This document shows, one piece after another, positions 36,042 through 44,830 of a stretch of 64,000 nucleotides of DNA. The stretch is from Acidimicrobiia bacterium (GTDB taxonomy: Bacteria; Actinomycetota; Acidimicrobiia; Spongiisociales; ZC4RG35). The stretch covers positions 10,668 through 74,667 of the forward strand of contig JBOGEX010000126.1 of the NCBI GenBank assembly GCA_050741915.1. Reading direction: 5' to 3'. The notes beneath the pieces were generated by a model. It had not been told where the DNA came from. It made no database searches and saw only the letters and a list, made by a program, of their open reading frames with translations. The position numbers and the translations under genes are program-made. The stretch's first letter is position 1, and each line of letters starts with the position of its first letter.

Positions 36042-36895
36042 CGGTGACAACCGCACCGACGGCGGTCGAGACACCGACCGCAATAGTAACCCCGGCCAAG
36101 GCTGGCGCCGGAAGCAAGCTGATGGCGTGGCTCATCCTCCTCGCCGGGCTCGCTTACTTCTTCACGCCTTTGATCGCCACTGGCGAACGAGCCTTTGGGG
36201 CGATCGGGAGAACGTTCAGCTTCGAAGCCTTTCGACGGATTATCACCGATCCAGAGTTCGTGAGAACCTTCGGCGAATCGGCGATCAATGCCGTCCTCAC
36301 CATTTTCGTCTCATTGCTCGTCATCGTCCCGACCGCTTATTGGGTTACGTTGCGAGTGCCGAAGCTGCGCTCGGTGGTCGAGTTCATCACGCTGCTCCCC
36401 TTTGTCATTCCGGCGGTGGTACTGGTCTTCGGCCTGATCCGGATGTACAGCCGGCCCCCGCTGGCCGTCCTCTCGACCTACGGATCTACCAGAGTGGTGT
36501 TGATCTGTGCCTATGCCGCCCTCTCGTTTCCCTACATGTATCGCTCGGTCGACAACGGCTTGCGGGCCATCAATGTCCGCACCTTGACGGAAGCCGCCCA
36601 GAGTCTCGGAGCGAAATGGCCGACGATCATCTGGCGGGTGATCTTTCCCAACCTGAAAGTCGCTCTCTTGTCGGGTGCGCTTCTCACCTTCGCCATCGTC
36701 ATCGGTGAGCTGACGATCGCGCTCTTCATGGGTCAGCACACTTTTGGGCCTTACATGTCGAATCTGGTCCGCAACTTCGTCGCCGAACCGGCTGCCCTGA
36801 CGATCTTGAGTTTTGCTATGACCTGGGGGGCAATGGGGATCATCTCGTATCTGACTCGCCGGCAGCCATCGTCGCGGCCCAAGAAGGCTGTTTGA
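36038..36895 (+). CDS. ABC transporter permease (PotC-like)
   Basis: Start TTG 36038 or GTG 36044 overlaps the upstream stop. The ORF-track 5' extension from 35720 is rejected. MetI-like permease. Confidence 0.7.
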   Translation: MTVTTAPTAVETPTAIVTPAKAGAGSKLMAWLILLAGLAYFFTPLIATGERAFGAIGRTFSFEAFRRIITDPEFVRTFGESAINAVLTIFVSLLVIVPTAYWVTLRVPKLRSVVEFITLLPFVIPAVVLVFGLIRMYSRPPLAVLSTYGSTRVVLICAYAALSFPYMYRSVDNGLRAINVRTLTEAAQSLGAKWPTIIWRVIFPNLKVALLSGALLTFAIVIGELTIALFMGQHTFGPYMSNLVRNFVAEPAALTILSFAMTWGAMGIISYLTRRQPSSRPKKAV

Positions 36896-37965
36896 TGGCG
36901 TTCCTCACTCTCGATCATGTTCGGAAGGAGTTCGGCGGCAACGCCGCGGTGGAGGACTTCAACCTCGACGTCGAAGCAGGCGAGTTCGTCTCGTTCCTCG
37001 GTCCCTCCGGTTGCGGGAAGACCACCACCCTGCGGATGATCGCCGGCTTCGAGAAGCCGTCGAGCGGGCGTATCAGCGTTAACGGCCGCGATATCACCAA
37101 TGCTCGTCCCAACGAGCGCGACGTGGGGATGGTCTTTCAGCAATATGCGCTGTTTCCCAACATGACGGTGGCGCAGAACGTGGGCTTTGGCCTCAAGTTG
37201 AAGAAGAGCCCGAGCCGCGAGATCACCTCTCGGGTGGCTGAGCTGCTCGAGTTGATCCATATGCCCGACAAGGGCCATAACTATCCCCACGAGCTGTCAG
37301 GTGGCCAGCAGCAACGAGTGGCCCTGGCCCGGGCGCTCGCCATTAGCCCGCAGGTGCTGTTGCTCGATGAGCCGCTGTCGGCCCTCGATGCCAAGATCCG
37401 CGACGAGCTGCGCAATGAGATCCGCCGCATCCAACGGCAACTCAACATCACCACGATCTATGTGACTCATGATCAGGAGGAAGCGATGGCCCTCTCCGAT
37501 CGAGTGGTAGTCATGAGCCGGGGAGCGATGGAGCAGGTGGGTCCGCCGTTCCAGATCTACAACTATCCCGAGACTCAATTCGTCGCCTCTTTCGTCGGCA
37601 AGCTCAACCAGCTTCCTGGCAAGGTGCTCGATCCCGCGGCTGGCACCGTGCAGTGCGGAGACACAAAGGTCAGAACCACGACACCGATCGAAGAGAAGGC
37701 CGGTGCTCCCGTAAACGTGATGGTGCGGCCCGAGGAACTCGATCTGGGGGCGGGCGAAGAGAATCAGGTGTCGGGAGTCGTGGAGTCGGTCAACTTTCTC
37801 GGGGCCATCGTTCGGGTGCGGCTCGATCGAGCTCACTCCAACGGCGCAGGCGACATGATTACCGCCGACCTTTTCAACGAGCGCCTGCTCGAATTGCCGA
37901 GCGTCGGAGCCACGGTGATAGTGTCGTTTCCCGCCCACGCCTGCTGGGTCCTGACAGCCCGTTAG
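36895..37965 (+). CDS. ABC transporter ATP-binding protein (PotA/MalK-like with a C-terminal TOBE-like domain)
   Basis: Walker A GPSGCGKTT, signature LSGGQQQRV, Walker B LLLDEP. TGATG overlap with the upstream permease. Confidence 0.8.
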   Translation: MAFLTLDHVRKEFGGNAAVEDFNLDVEAGEFVSFLGPSGCGKTTTLRMIAGFEKPSSGRISVNGRDITNARPNERDVGMVFQQYALFPNMTVAQNVGFGLKLKKSPSREITSRVAELLELIHMPDKGHNYPHELSGGQQQRVALARALAISPQVLLLDEPLSALDAKIRDELRNEIRRIQRQLNITTIYVTHDQEEAMALSDRVVVMSRGAMEQVGPPFQIYNYPETQFVASFVGKLNQLPGKVLDPAAGTVQCGDTKVRTTTPIEEKAGAPVNVMVRPEELDLGAGEENQVSGVVESVNFLGAIVRVRLDRAHSNGAGDMITADLFNERLLELPSVGATVIVSFPAHACWVLTAR

Positions 37966-38831
37966 TCGGGAAAAGTCCTGCTTCCCAGCAGAGAGAAGAG
38001 CTGGCGAGACCCCGCCAGGCCCCGCAGTTCGTGTTGGCCTCTGTCGGCCCAATCGAAGTCCGAGCTGCCCACCAGGTCCCTAACTGTGGACGAGGCGAGG
38101 ATTTCGTCGGGTCGAGCTTCAGACAGGATTCGGGCCGCTTCGTTGACAGAGATCCCGCGGATGTCAGAGCCGACAAGGTCGATCTCGCCTGCGTGAATAG
38201 CCACCCGCAGGTGGAGGTCGAGGGATAAAGCGACGTCGCGCAAAGTGCGAGCGCAGCGGATCGCCCGTGCCGCGCTAGCGAACACGGCCAGTACTCCGTC
38301 CCCCGTGGTCTTGATCACACGGCCTCCATATTTACCAAGAGTTTCACGGACCCTTTCCTCGTGGGTGGCGATTAGATCGGCCCACCTTGTTTCCCCTAGG
38401 GACTGGGCGATTGCGGTCGACTCGACGATGTCGGTGAAGACGATCGTGGCCAGTACACGTTCCATTCCCTCGTCGGTAGCCGGGAGCCAGCTACGAGAGC
38501 CAGTCCACGTCAGGTCCACGTAGGGCTCGTCGCCCAAAACTATGGCATCGTGCCCGGGTGGGACATCGATCACCGTTCCCGGGCCGATATCGAGCTCGAC
38601 TCCCGAGCCGGTCAACAAGCGGAGCTCACCAGCGAGAGTCATCCCTACGTGTCGGGTTTGGCACAACTCACCGCCCACGAGGGGCCGCAGGTGAGTCGAC
38701 CATCTCCAGCCCGGGTAGTGAAAGGTCCTAGCCACCGTCAGACCTCCCAGGTGGACCAACTCCGAACGCAGGGAATCAAGCTCGATCACTTCGTCCGGAT
38801 TCTCGAAGCTGGCAATGATTCGAGGGCCCAC
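37962..38831 (-). CDS. Class III adenylate/guanylate cyclase with an N-terminal cupin-like domain
   Basis: C-terminal CHD motifs (VFTDIVESTAIA, KTTGDGVLAVF). Confidence 0.7.
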   Translation of the reverse strand: MGPRIIASFENPDEVIELDSLRSELVHLGGLTVARTFHYPGWRWSTHLRPLVGGELCQTRHVGMTLAGELRLLTGSGVELDIGPGTVIDVPPGHDAIVLGDEPYVDLTWTGSRSWLPATDEGMERVLATIVFTDIVESTAIAQSLGETRWADLIATHEERVRETLGKYGGRVIKTTGDGVLAVFASAARAIRCARTLRDVALSLDLHLRVAIHAGEIDLVGSDIRGISVNEAARILSEARPDEILASSTVRDLVGSSDFDWADRGQHELRGLAGSRQLFSLLGSRTFPD

Positions 38832-38872
38832 GACCCAAATGTTATGCGGCGGCTTCTTAGCATCGGTGGGCG

Positions 38873-40180
38873 ATGTCCTATGCAGCGAGATTTACCTGGG
38901 GAGCAGCCACGTCTGCCTACCAGATCGAGGGCGGTCGGATTGACGGCAAGGGCCAGTCGATCTGGGACACCTTCTCCGAGCAAGAAAGGATGAGAGACCC
39001 GGGCGACACCACCTGCGATCACTACCACCGCTGGGAAGAGGACGTTCGTCTAATGGCCGAGCTCGGGCTGACCGCCTATCGGATGTCGGTGGCCTGGACG
39101 CGCGTCCTACCCGAGGGTCGCGGCATTGTCAATCAAAAGGGCCTCGATTTCTATCGACGTCTGGTCGACGCCCTACTCGAAGTAGGAATCGAGCCCTGGG
39201 TCACCCTCTTCCATTGGGATCTGCCGCAGGCTTTGGAGGACGAGGGCGGCTGGCCGGCGCGGAGCACCGTCGATGCGTTCCGCGGCTATGTCGAAGTGGT
39301 CGCGTCGGCGTTGGGCGATCGGGTCAAGAACTGGATCACGATCAACGAACCATGGGTGGCGGCAACACTCGGTTACATCGAGGGAGTCTTCGCCCCCGGT
39401 CGTGCCGACTGGAAGGACGGCCTGGCGGCCGGTCATCACCTCCTCCTGGCTCATGGCCAAGCCGTTCCAGTGATCCGGTCGCGATCGCCTGGCTCGAAGG
39501 TGGGAGTCGCGATCGACTGCCGGCCTGCTTCGCCGGCCAGCCCGAGCCCAGCCGACGAAGCCGCCTGGCAGCATTTCGATGGCTTCCGCAACCGCTGGTA
39601 TTTCGATCCGATCTTCGGTCGGGGTTATCCCGAGGACATGGTGCAGACCTATCGCCAGCGCGGCCGCTGGGATGACGGCCTGGTTCACCCGGGCGACCTC
39701 GAGACGATTGGGGCGCCGATCGATTTCCTGGGGGTCAACTACTACACGGCCATCTCCGTGTCAGCGGGGAGAGAAGAAAGCGAGCAGACCGACATCGGTC
39801 CCGGTCCGAATCCCCCCGACGGTTACACCGAGATGGGATGGGAAATCGTTCCTTCGGCTCTGACCGAGTTCCTAGTCCGACTCAACAACGACTATCGACC
39901 ACCCGCGATCGTCATCACCGAGAACGGGGCCTCGTATTCCGATCCCTATGACGATCAGCGTCGGATCGACTATCTCGCCGCCCATATCGCCGCGACAGAA
40001 GATGCGATCGAGAGTGGAGTACCTGTGGAGGGGTACTTCGTCTGGAGTCTGCTCGACAACCTGGAGTGGACCGCCGGCTTCAGCCAGCGGTTCGGGCTGA
40101 TCCACGTCGACTTCGAAACCCTCGTCCGAACCCCCAAGGCAAGTTTCGACTGGTACCGGCGTCGGATTGCCTCCGGGTAG
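38873..40180 (+). CDS. GH1 beta-glucosidase
   Basis: FTWGAATSAYQIEGG N-terminus; catalytic motifs TINEP and ITENGA. 435 aa. Confidence 0.85.
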   Translation: MSYAARFTWGAATSAYQIEGGRIDGKGQSIWDTFSEQERMRDPGDTTCDHYHRWEEDVRLMAELGLTAYRMSVAWTRVLPEGRGIVNQKGLDFYRRLVDALLEVGIEPWVTLFHWDLPQALEDEGGWPARSTVDAFRGYVEVVASALGDRVKNWITINEPWVAATLGYIEGVFAPGRADWKDGLAAGHHLLLAHGQAVPVIRSRSPGSKVGVAIDCRPASPASPSPADEAAWQHFDGFRNRWYFDPIFGRGYPEDMVQTYRQRGRWDDGLVHPGDLETIGAPIDFLGVNYYTAISVSAGREESEQTDIGPGPNPPDGYTEMGWEIVPSALTEFLVRLNNDYRPPAIVITENGASYSDPYDDQRRIDYLAAHIAATEDAIESGVPVEGYFVWSLLDNLEWTAGFSQRFGLIHVDFETLVRTPKASFDWYRRRIASG

Positions 40181-41306
40181 CGAGATCCGAGTCACCGCCG
40201 AGTCGATGGCCCACGGCGGGCGAGCCGTGGCCCGTTATGAGGGTCAGGTGGTTTTCGTCGACGGTGCCTATCCCGGCGAGGTGGTCGATGCCGGGGTGAC
40301 GGGCTCGGGGCAACGGCATCTCTTCGCCAAGGCATTGCGAATCATAGAGCCGAGTGCAGAACGAATTGCAGCTCCCTGTCCTCACTTCGGTCCATGCGGA
40401 GGCTGCCAATGGCAAACCGCTTCTTATCCGGCGCAGCGTCGCTGGAAGCAGGAGATCGTCGCCGACCAACTCCGATTCGTCGGTCACTTGCCGGAGGTTC
40501 CGGTCCGGCCGACCATCGCTCCCGGGCCCGAGTACGGGTATCGCAATCGGATGGACTTCAAGCTGATCGACGGCGGACCGGCTTTGCATCGATTCGAGAG
40601 CCACGAGCTCGTTCCCATCTCGGTGTGCCTGTTGTTGGCGCCACCGGTTCGGAAGCTTTTCGAGTCGCTTCAAGTTCGCCCCGATGCGGAGCGGGTGACG
40701 TTGCGAGCTGGGGTGCGGACCGGCGAAACTTTGGTTCTCTTCGATAACGAGAGGGGTCGGCTGCACGAGGTCGTGGCCGGGGCCCGTTTCCAAATCACGA
40801 GCCGGGCCTTTTTTCAGACCAATACCGACGGCGCCGAGTCGCTGGTGGCGCTCGTTGGCGAAGCGCTGCAACCGACGGCAGGTGACGTCCTTGTCGATGG
40901 CTACGCCGGCGGTGGTCTCTTCTCTGCCACGGTGGGCGCCCTCTGTCGGAAGGTCTTGGCCGTGGAGTCGGACCCGGTGGCGCTCGGAGACCTCAACGCC
41001 AATGCTCAAGCAAAAGTCATCGGCAAACGGTTCGAACGCTCCCGCCAGTTGCTGCCTCGAACATGGGACCTGGCTGTCGTCGATCCTCCTCGGGCCGGCC
41101 TCGGCCGATCCGGCGTGAACACGCTCGTCGTTGGTCGGCCCCGCTCCATCGCTTACGTCTCCTGCGATCCCGCCACCTTTGCTCGCGACGCCGCCTGGCT
41201 CGTGGCGGCTGGCTATCGACTCGACTGGGTGCAACCGGTTGACCTCTTCCCGCAGACCTATCACATCGAACTGGTCGGCGCGTTTCGATCGACTGTGGCG
41301 AGATGA
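40167..41306 (+). CDS. TRAM-domain RNA (uracil-5-)-methyltransferase, RlmD/TrmA family
   Basis: TRAM N-terminus, a [4Fe-4S] cysteine cluster (CPHFGPCGGCQWQ), and a class I SAM-methyltransferase C-terminus (VLVDGYAGGGLFS, DPPRAG). Confidence 0.75.
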   Translation: MPPGSEIRVTAESMAHGGRAVARYEGQVVFVDGAYPGEVVDAGVTGSGQRHLFAKALRIIEPSAERIAAPCPHFGPCGGCQWQTASYPAQRRWKQEIVADQLRFVGHLPEVPVRPTIAPGPEYGYRNRMDFKLIDGGPALHRFESHELVPISVCLLLAPPVRKLFESLQVRPDAERVTLRAGVRTGETLVLFDNERGRLHEVVAGARFQITSRAFFQTNTDGAESLVALVGEALQPTAGDVLVDGYAGGGLFSATVGALCRKVLAVESDPVALGDLNANAQAKVIGKRFERSRQLLPRTWDLAVVDPPRAGLGRSGVNTLVVGRPRSIAYVSCDPATFARDAAWLVAAGYRLDWVQPVDLFPQTYHIELVGAFRSTVAR

Positions 41307-41342
41307 GCCCCCTAAGGGTTCCCTCTCCGGAGCCTGCTCATT

Positions 41343-41396
41343 CCCAAATTCGGTGCAGCACGACCATTCCTCAGCAAATTCGGTGCAGGACGACCA
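41343..41396 (+). repeat. Two 24-bp direct repeats (CAAATTCGGTGCAG[C/G]ACGACCA, 30-bp period) in a convergent intergenic region
   Basis: 41343-41366 and 41373-41396 (22/24 identical). Followed by the perfect palindrome ACAAATTTGT (41415-41424) and AATTTGAAAT (41449-41458). The motif CAAATTCGGT is shared with the element at 60877-60986. Confidence 0.6.
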
Positions 41397-41474
41397 GGGG
41401 TCGGTCGTGGGGCGACAAATTTGTGTGGACTTGGTCGTAGAGCAAGGAATTTGAAATCGGGCGGCCTAACTGCC

Positions 41475-41870
41475 CTAGGTCCAGGTTGCGTACGGAGGTT
41501 CTCTGCCCGCCACCTGATTCCAGTAGTCACGATGATCGGTGATCAAGCCGTCGTCACCGAACGTGAGAAACGTCGAACCGGCCATGGTGCGTTCCTCGCC
41601 GGCCTCGACCCAGCTCGCCCACCATTCGATGGCGGCTCGATTGCGATCGACGATCGGATCTCGGAACCAGCATTCGATCTCCGATTCGACTCGGAACTCC
41701 CGGGTCAGGTAGGCGCGGACCCCTTCGACGCCGCGGTCGGGCTCGCGGAAAGGAACCGACAAATAAGTGGCGTCCGGCGCATAGAACGACGTCATGGCAT
41801 CGATGTCCTTGGCCGGCCAGCCCGCTTGCCACACCTCCGCCCATCGTTGCGCCCGCTCGGAAATGTCCAT
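41475..41870 (-). CDS. SnoaL-like / NTF2-fold protein
   Basis: Start at ATG 41870 (MDISERAQRWAEVWQAGW...). 131 aa with an NTF2-like fold signature. Confidence 0.55.
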   Translation of the reverse strand: MDISERAQRWAEVWQAGWPAKDIDAMTSFYAPDATYLSVPFREPDRGVEGVRAYLTREFRVESEIECWFRDPIVDRNRAAIEWWASWVEAGEERTMAGSTFLTFGDDGLITDHRDYWNQVAGREPPYATWT

Positions 41871-41883
41871 GCACTTCTCCTTT

Positions 41884-41945
41884 GGAAAACCCTGGGTTTT
41901 TACCGTCGTCCTACAACGGTTCCAGCCCAGAGAATTGCGTTTCGA
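41884..41945 (-). repeat. About 62-bp palindromic element, copy 3 of 4 (oriented with the minus-strand gene whose stop it contains)
   Basis: Plus-strand read: GAAAACCCTGGGTTTTTACCGTCGTCCTACAACGGTTCCAGCCCAGAGAATTGCG. Its reverse complement shares TTCTCTGGGCTG ... AACCCAGGGTT with copies 1 and 2. It encodes the last 9 residues and the stop of the gene at 41911-43017. Confidence 0.7.
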
Positions 41946-43017
41946 CCTCTCCGTGCCAAAAGCGGCCGAGGCAATGGGCCTCCTCCGCCACCGCGGCAAG
42001 GTGTCGCTTCGACAGAGCGAGGTGCTCGATCACCAGCCGCATTGGCGACGCTTTTTCGAATCGCCAGATCGCTGCCACTTCTCCGTCGACGAGGACGGTG
42101 CCTTTGATCGGACCTTTAACGTCGGCAAATCTCCGCTTCTGGTCAGCGCCAAACCGAGAACGGTCGGCGTGTCCCAGGAGCAGATTGTCGTACTCGGGCA
42201 AGAACCGAACCGGAGCGGTGGTGTCAGGGTCGGGCCGGGGCGCGTCGGGCAAATCGAACAACTCGGTTCCGCGCTTGTTGCGAAACGTCACCAGCCGTGG
42301 CCGCAGCCCCTCGACCACCTTCCGGAGTCCGGTAAGCCGCGACCAGTTCGAGATGTCGGCGACCGAGGCTGGACCGAAGGCCGCCAGATACTTGAGCACC
42401 ATCGCGGCAGTTGACGGCGCCGGGTCCATTGGCTTTCCCACCCAAGACTCGAGGGTGGCTAGTTCGACCTGCCGGGTCTTTCCCCAAACTCCCCGTGGAG
42501 GAGCCTGGATCAGAGGGAGGAGGCATCGACATGCATAGACCAGAGCGGTGGGGTTGAGGCTCGGGAAAGTCTCTGCCAGGGCTGCCCGCAACTCGGGACC
42601 GCTCAGAGGCCGCCATGCCAGGAGCGGCCGGGCAACTGCCAGAACCGGCTCGATGTCGACTCCGGCCAACGCCGGAGCAAAATCGCGATGGCGGGAAAGC
42701 TCGGCGGTGAGTACCGGTTGGGTGAGGGGGCGCAGCCAGAGCGCATCATCGGCGGTGAGCAAGTGGATCGTTGCCCTCATGGCGACGATTCGCACGAGGG
42801 ACCGGTCCTCGATCAGCTTGCCCAAATGAGTCGGCTCGAAACTGTCCAGCCTCGACCACAGGGCCAGATAGGGATCGAGGGGATTCTGGGCCTGGAGACC
42901 GACGAGCATTTCGACGGCGGACATGAGAGGCATCGATGATCGTCGCAATAAGAGCTGACGCTCGAGCGAGGCTCGATTCAGTTGGCGGTTGGTGATGAGT
43001 TCAGCGGACGAGGGCAT
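41911..43017 (-). CDS. Winged-helix DNA-binding domain protein (AlkZ/YcaQ-like, DUF1006)
   Basis: 368 aa; architecture and composition match the AlkZ-like DNA-glycosylase/YcaQ family. Family call from overall resemblance. Confidence 0.6.
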   Translation of the reverse strand: MPSSAELITNRQLNRASLERQLLLRRSSMPLMSAVEMLVGLQAQNPLDPYLALWSRLDSFEPTHLGKLIEDRSLVRIVAMRATIHLLTADDALWLRPLTQPVLTAELSRHRDFAPALAGVDIEPVLAVARPLLAWRPLSGPELRAALAETFPSLNPTALVYACRCLLPLIQAPPRGVWGKTRQVELATLESWVGKPMDPAPSTAAMVLKYLAAFGPASVADISNWSRLTGLRKVVEGLRPRLVTFRNKRGTELFDLPDAPRPDPDTTAPVRFLPEYDNLLLGHADRSRFGADQKRRFADVKGPIKGTVLVDGEVAAIWRFEKASPMRLVIEHLALSKRHLAAVAEEAHCLGRFWHGEVETQFSGLEPL

Positions 43018-43763
43018 CGAGACCGATGGTGATCATCCGTTCCACCGCTTCGTGCACCACCGGTCGGTCGGGGTTGTAACCCTCCATCGAGTCGTCCTTC
43101 TCGAGAAGGGGATTCCCATCGATGGCCAGGATGGCTCCTGCCGTGGATCCATGTAGTGAAGCAAGGACGAGAAGAGCGGCGACCTCCATTTCCACTGCCA
43201 CCAGTCCCGCTTGTTGCCACATCGGGAGACTGCTGCCGAGAACCGCGTGTGGATAGAACGACGCCAGGGTCAGCACGATCCCGCGATGGACCTCGACCCC
43301 GGCGGCCGCGGCCGCCCCCAGCAGACTGTCGACCACCTTATGGTCAGCCACCGCTGGATACTCGATCGGGACCACTTGCTGGGTGTAACCATCGGTACGG
43401 ACCGCGGCAGTGGCCACGACCAGGTCCCCGTCGAGGACGTTTGCTTGCAGGCCTCCGGCGGTGCCTGCTCGAATCACTCGTCCGGCACCCGCTCGAAACA
43501 ACTCCTCGAAACAGACTGCCGCTCCGGCGCTTCCCACCCCGTGGGACACGGTGGCTACCTCGATATCGTGGCGACGGCCGGCGAACGAGACGTACTCGCG
43601 AGTGCGGCCCAGCTCCCTCACATCGTCGAGGTGTTCCGCGGCCTTCTCGGCTCGGTTGGGATCGCCGACCACCAGCACCCGCTTCGGGAGGTCGCCGGCC
43701 CGAAATCCGAGAATGGGCAGCTTGGAATCCTCGGGGACTCGGATGGGAGCCATCACCTCACCC
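43001..43763 (-). CDS. PNP/UDP family-1 nucleoside phosphorylase or nucleosidase (DeoD/MtnN-like)
   Basis: Start at ATG 43763 with RBS GGGGTGAGGTG. Motifs SHGVGSAGAAVCFEEL and VAVEMEVAAL match the hexameric PNP/MTA-nucleosidase fold. 254 aa. Confidence 0.7.
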
Positions 43764-44825
43764 CCTGAGACCTGACACAAGGCGATCGAGGTCCTCCTCG
43801 CTTGTCCACCACCCGACTGAGGCGCGCACGAGACCGGTCTTGGGTATGTCGCGGACCAACACTCCCGCCGATGCCAGACGGGCAACGACATCGGCTGGCA
43901 CCACGCCTTGGGGTCTCCACGAGACGATGGTGGCACGCTCAGTCGGGGAAACAACGTCCTCGCCGGCATCTGCGAGCATTTGGTGACAGCGCTCGGCCAT
44001 CTCCGTTCCTCGAGTGAAACCCCAGTCGGGTCGATTAGCCAGCGCCGCCAGCCAACCCGACATCGAAGCCGTGGAGAGCAAGCTGGGGTCGAAGCGACGG
44101 GCGCCGGGCCAGGGCGCGAAGGAACCGTCCGGTTCGTAGCTTTCCTGTGAGAAATAGCTGGGCCGCGCTACCCGCAGCTGGTCGGCGTCGGCAACCACGA
44201 GGGCACCGGTGGACTCAGGGCCACAAAGCCACTTTTGGCCCGAGATCGTCATGAAATCGAGACCCCCGGCCAAGACGGGCATGGAGCCAACCGACTGGGC
44301 GCCATCGACCAGGATCGGAATCTCCGTTTGCTCTCGGAGCTCATGAACCGGAAGCACTCGCCCCGTTGTCCACAGCACTTGGGAAACGGCTATCAGGCGT
44401 GTTCTCAAAGTTACGGCCTCGATGATCGCTTGCGGATCCGGGGCCGTGACCACCACCCGCGCTCCTGAACTGTGGAGCGGACCGAGGAGCCCGAAGTGCT
44501 CGTCGGTGGTGGTGATGATCTCGTCACCGGGCCCGAGCTCGAGCCCGGCCAAGACCAGATTGCAGCCGTCAGTCGTCGACGCCGTCAACGCCACTTGCGT
44601 CGCTTCGACAGCAACGAGTGAGGCAAGCTCGTCACGCAGCTTCGCCCGCAGCGCCAGAACCCGGTCGAAGGAGTCTTGCCCCGACCTACCTTCCATCAGG
44701 TTGCGCTCGTCTTCGGCGTGCATGGCCGCGATGGTTTGGCGGGCGAGCGGCCCGGTGCTTCCAGCCTGAAGATAGGCAATTCGCTCGAGCACCGGAAACT
44801 GAGCCCGTGCCTCGGCGTAAGTCAT
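43758..44825 (-). CDS. Class V aminotransferase-fold PLP-dependent enzyme
   Basis: Start at ATG 44825 (MTYAEARAQFPVLERIAYLQAGSTGP...), typical of the class V (SufS/CsdA-like) fold. PLP-Lys context ISGQKWLCGP. Confidence 0.75.
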   Translation of the reverse strand: MTYAEARAQFPVLERIAYLQAGSTGPLARQTIAAMHAEDERNLMEGRSGQDSFDRVLALRAKLRDELASLVAVEATQVALTASTTDGCNLVLAGLELGPGDEIITTTDEHFGLLGPLHSSGARVVVTAPDPQAIIEAVTLRTRLIAVSQVLWTTGRVLPVHELREQTEIPILVDGAQSVGSMPVLAGGLDFMTISGQKWLCGPESTGALVVADADQLRVARPSYFSQESYEPDGSFAPWPGARRFDPSLLSTASMSGWLAALANRPDWGFTRGTEMAERCHQMLADAGEDVVSPTERATIVSWRPQGVVPADVVARLASAGVLVRDIPKTGLVRASVGWWTSEEDLDRLVSGLRG

Positions 44826-44830
44826 CGGCA

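Noticed and set aside
41794-42414. Shared peptide KPWVFTVV.QRRFQP in ORFs 41794-42414 and 56133-56900
   Set aside because: The shared peptide is the translation of the 62-bp repeat element in a non-coding frame, not a conserved protein domain.
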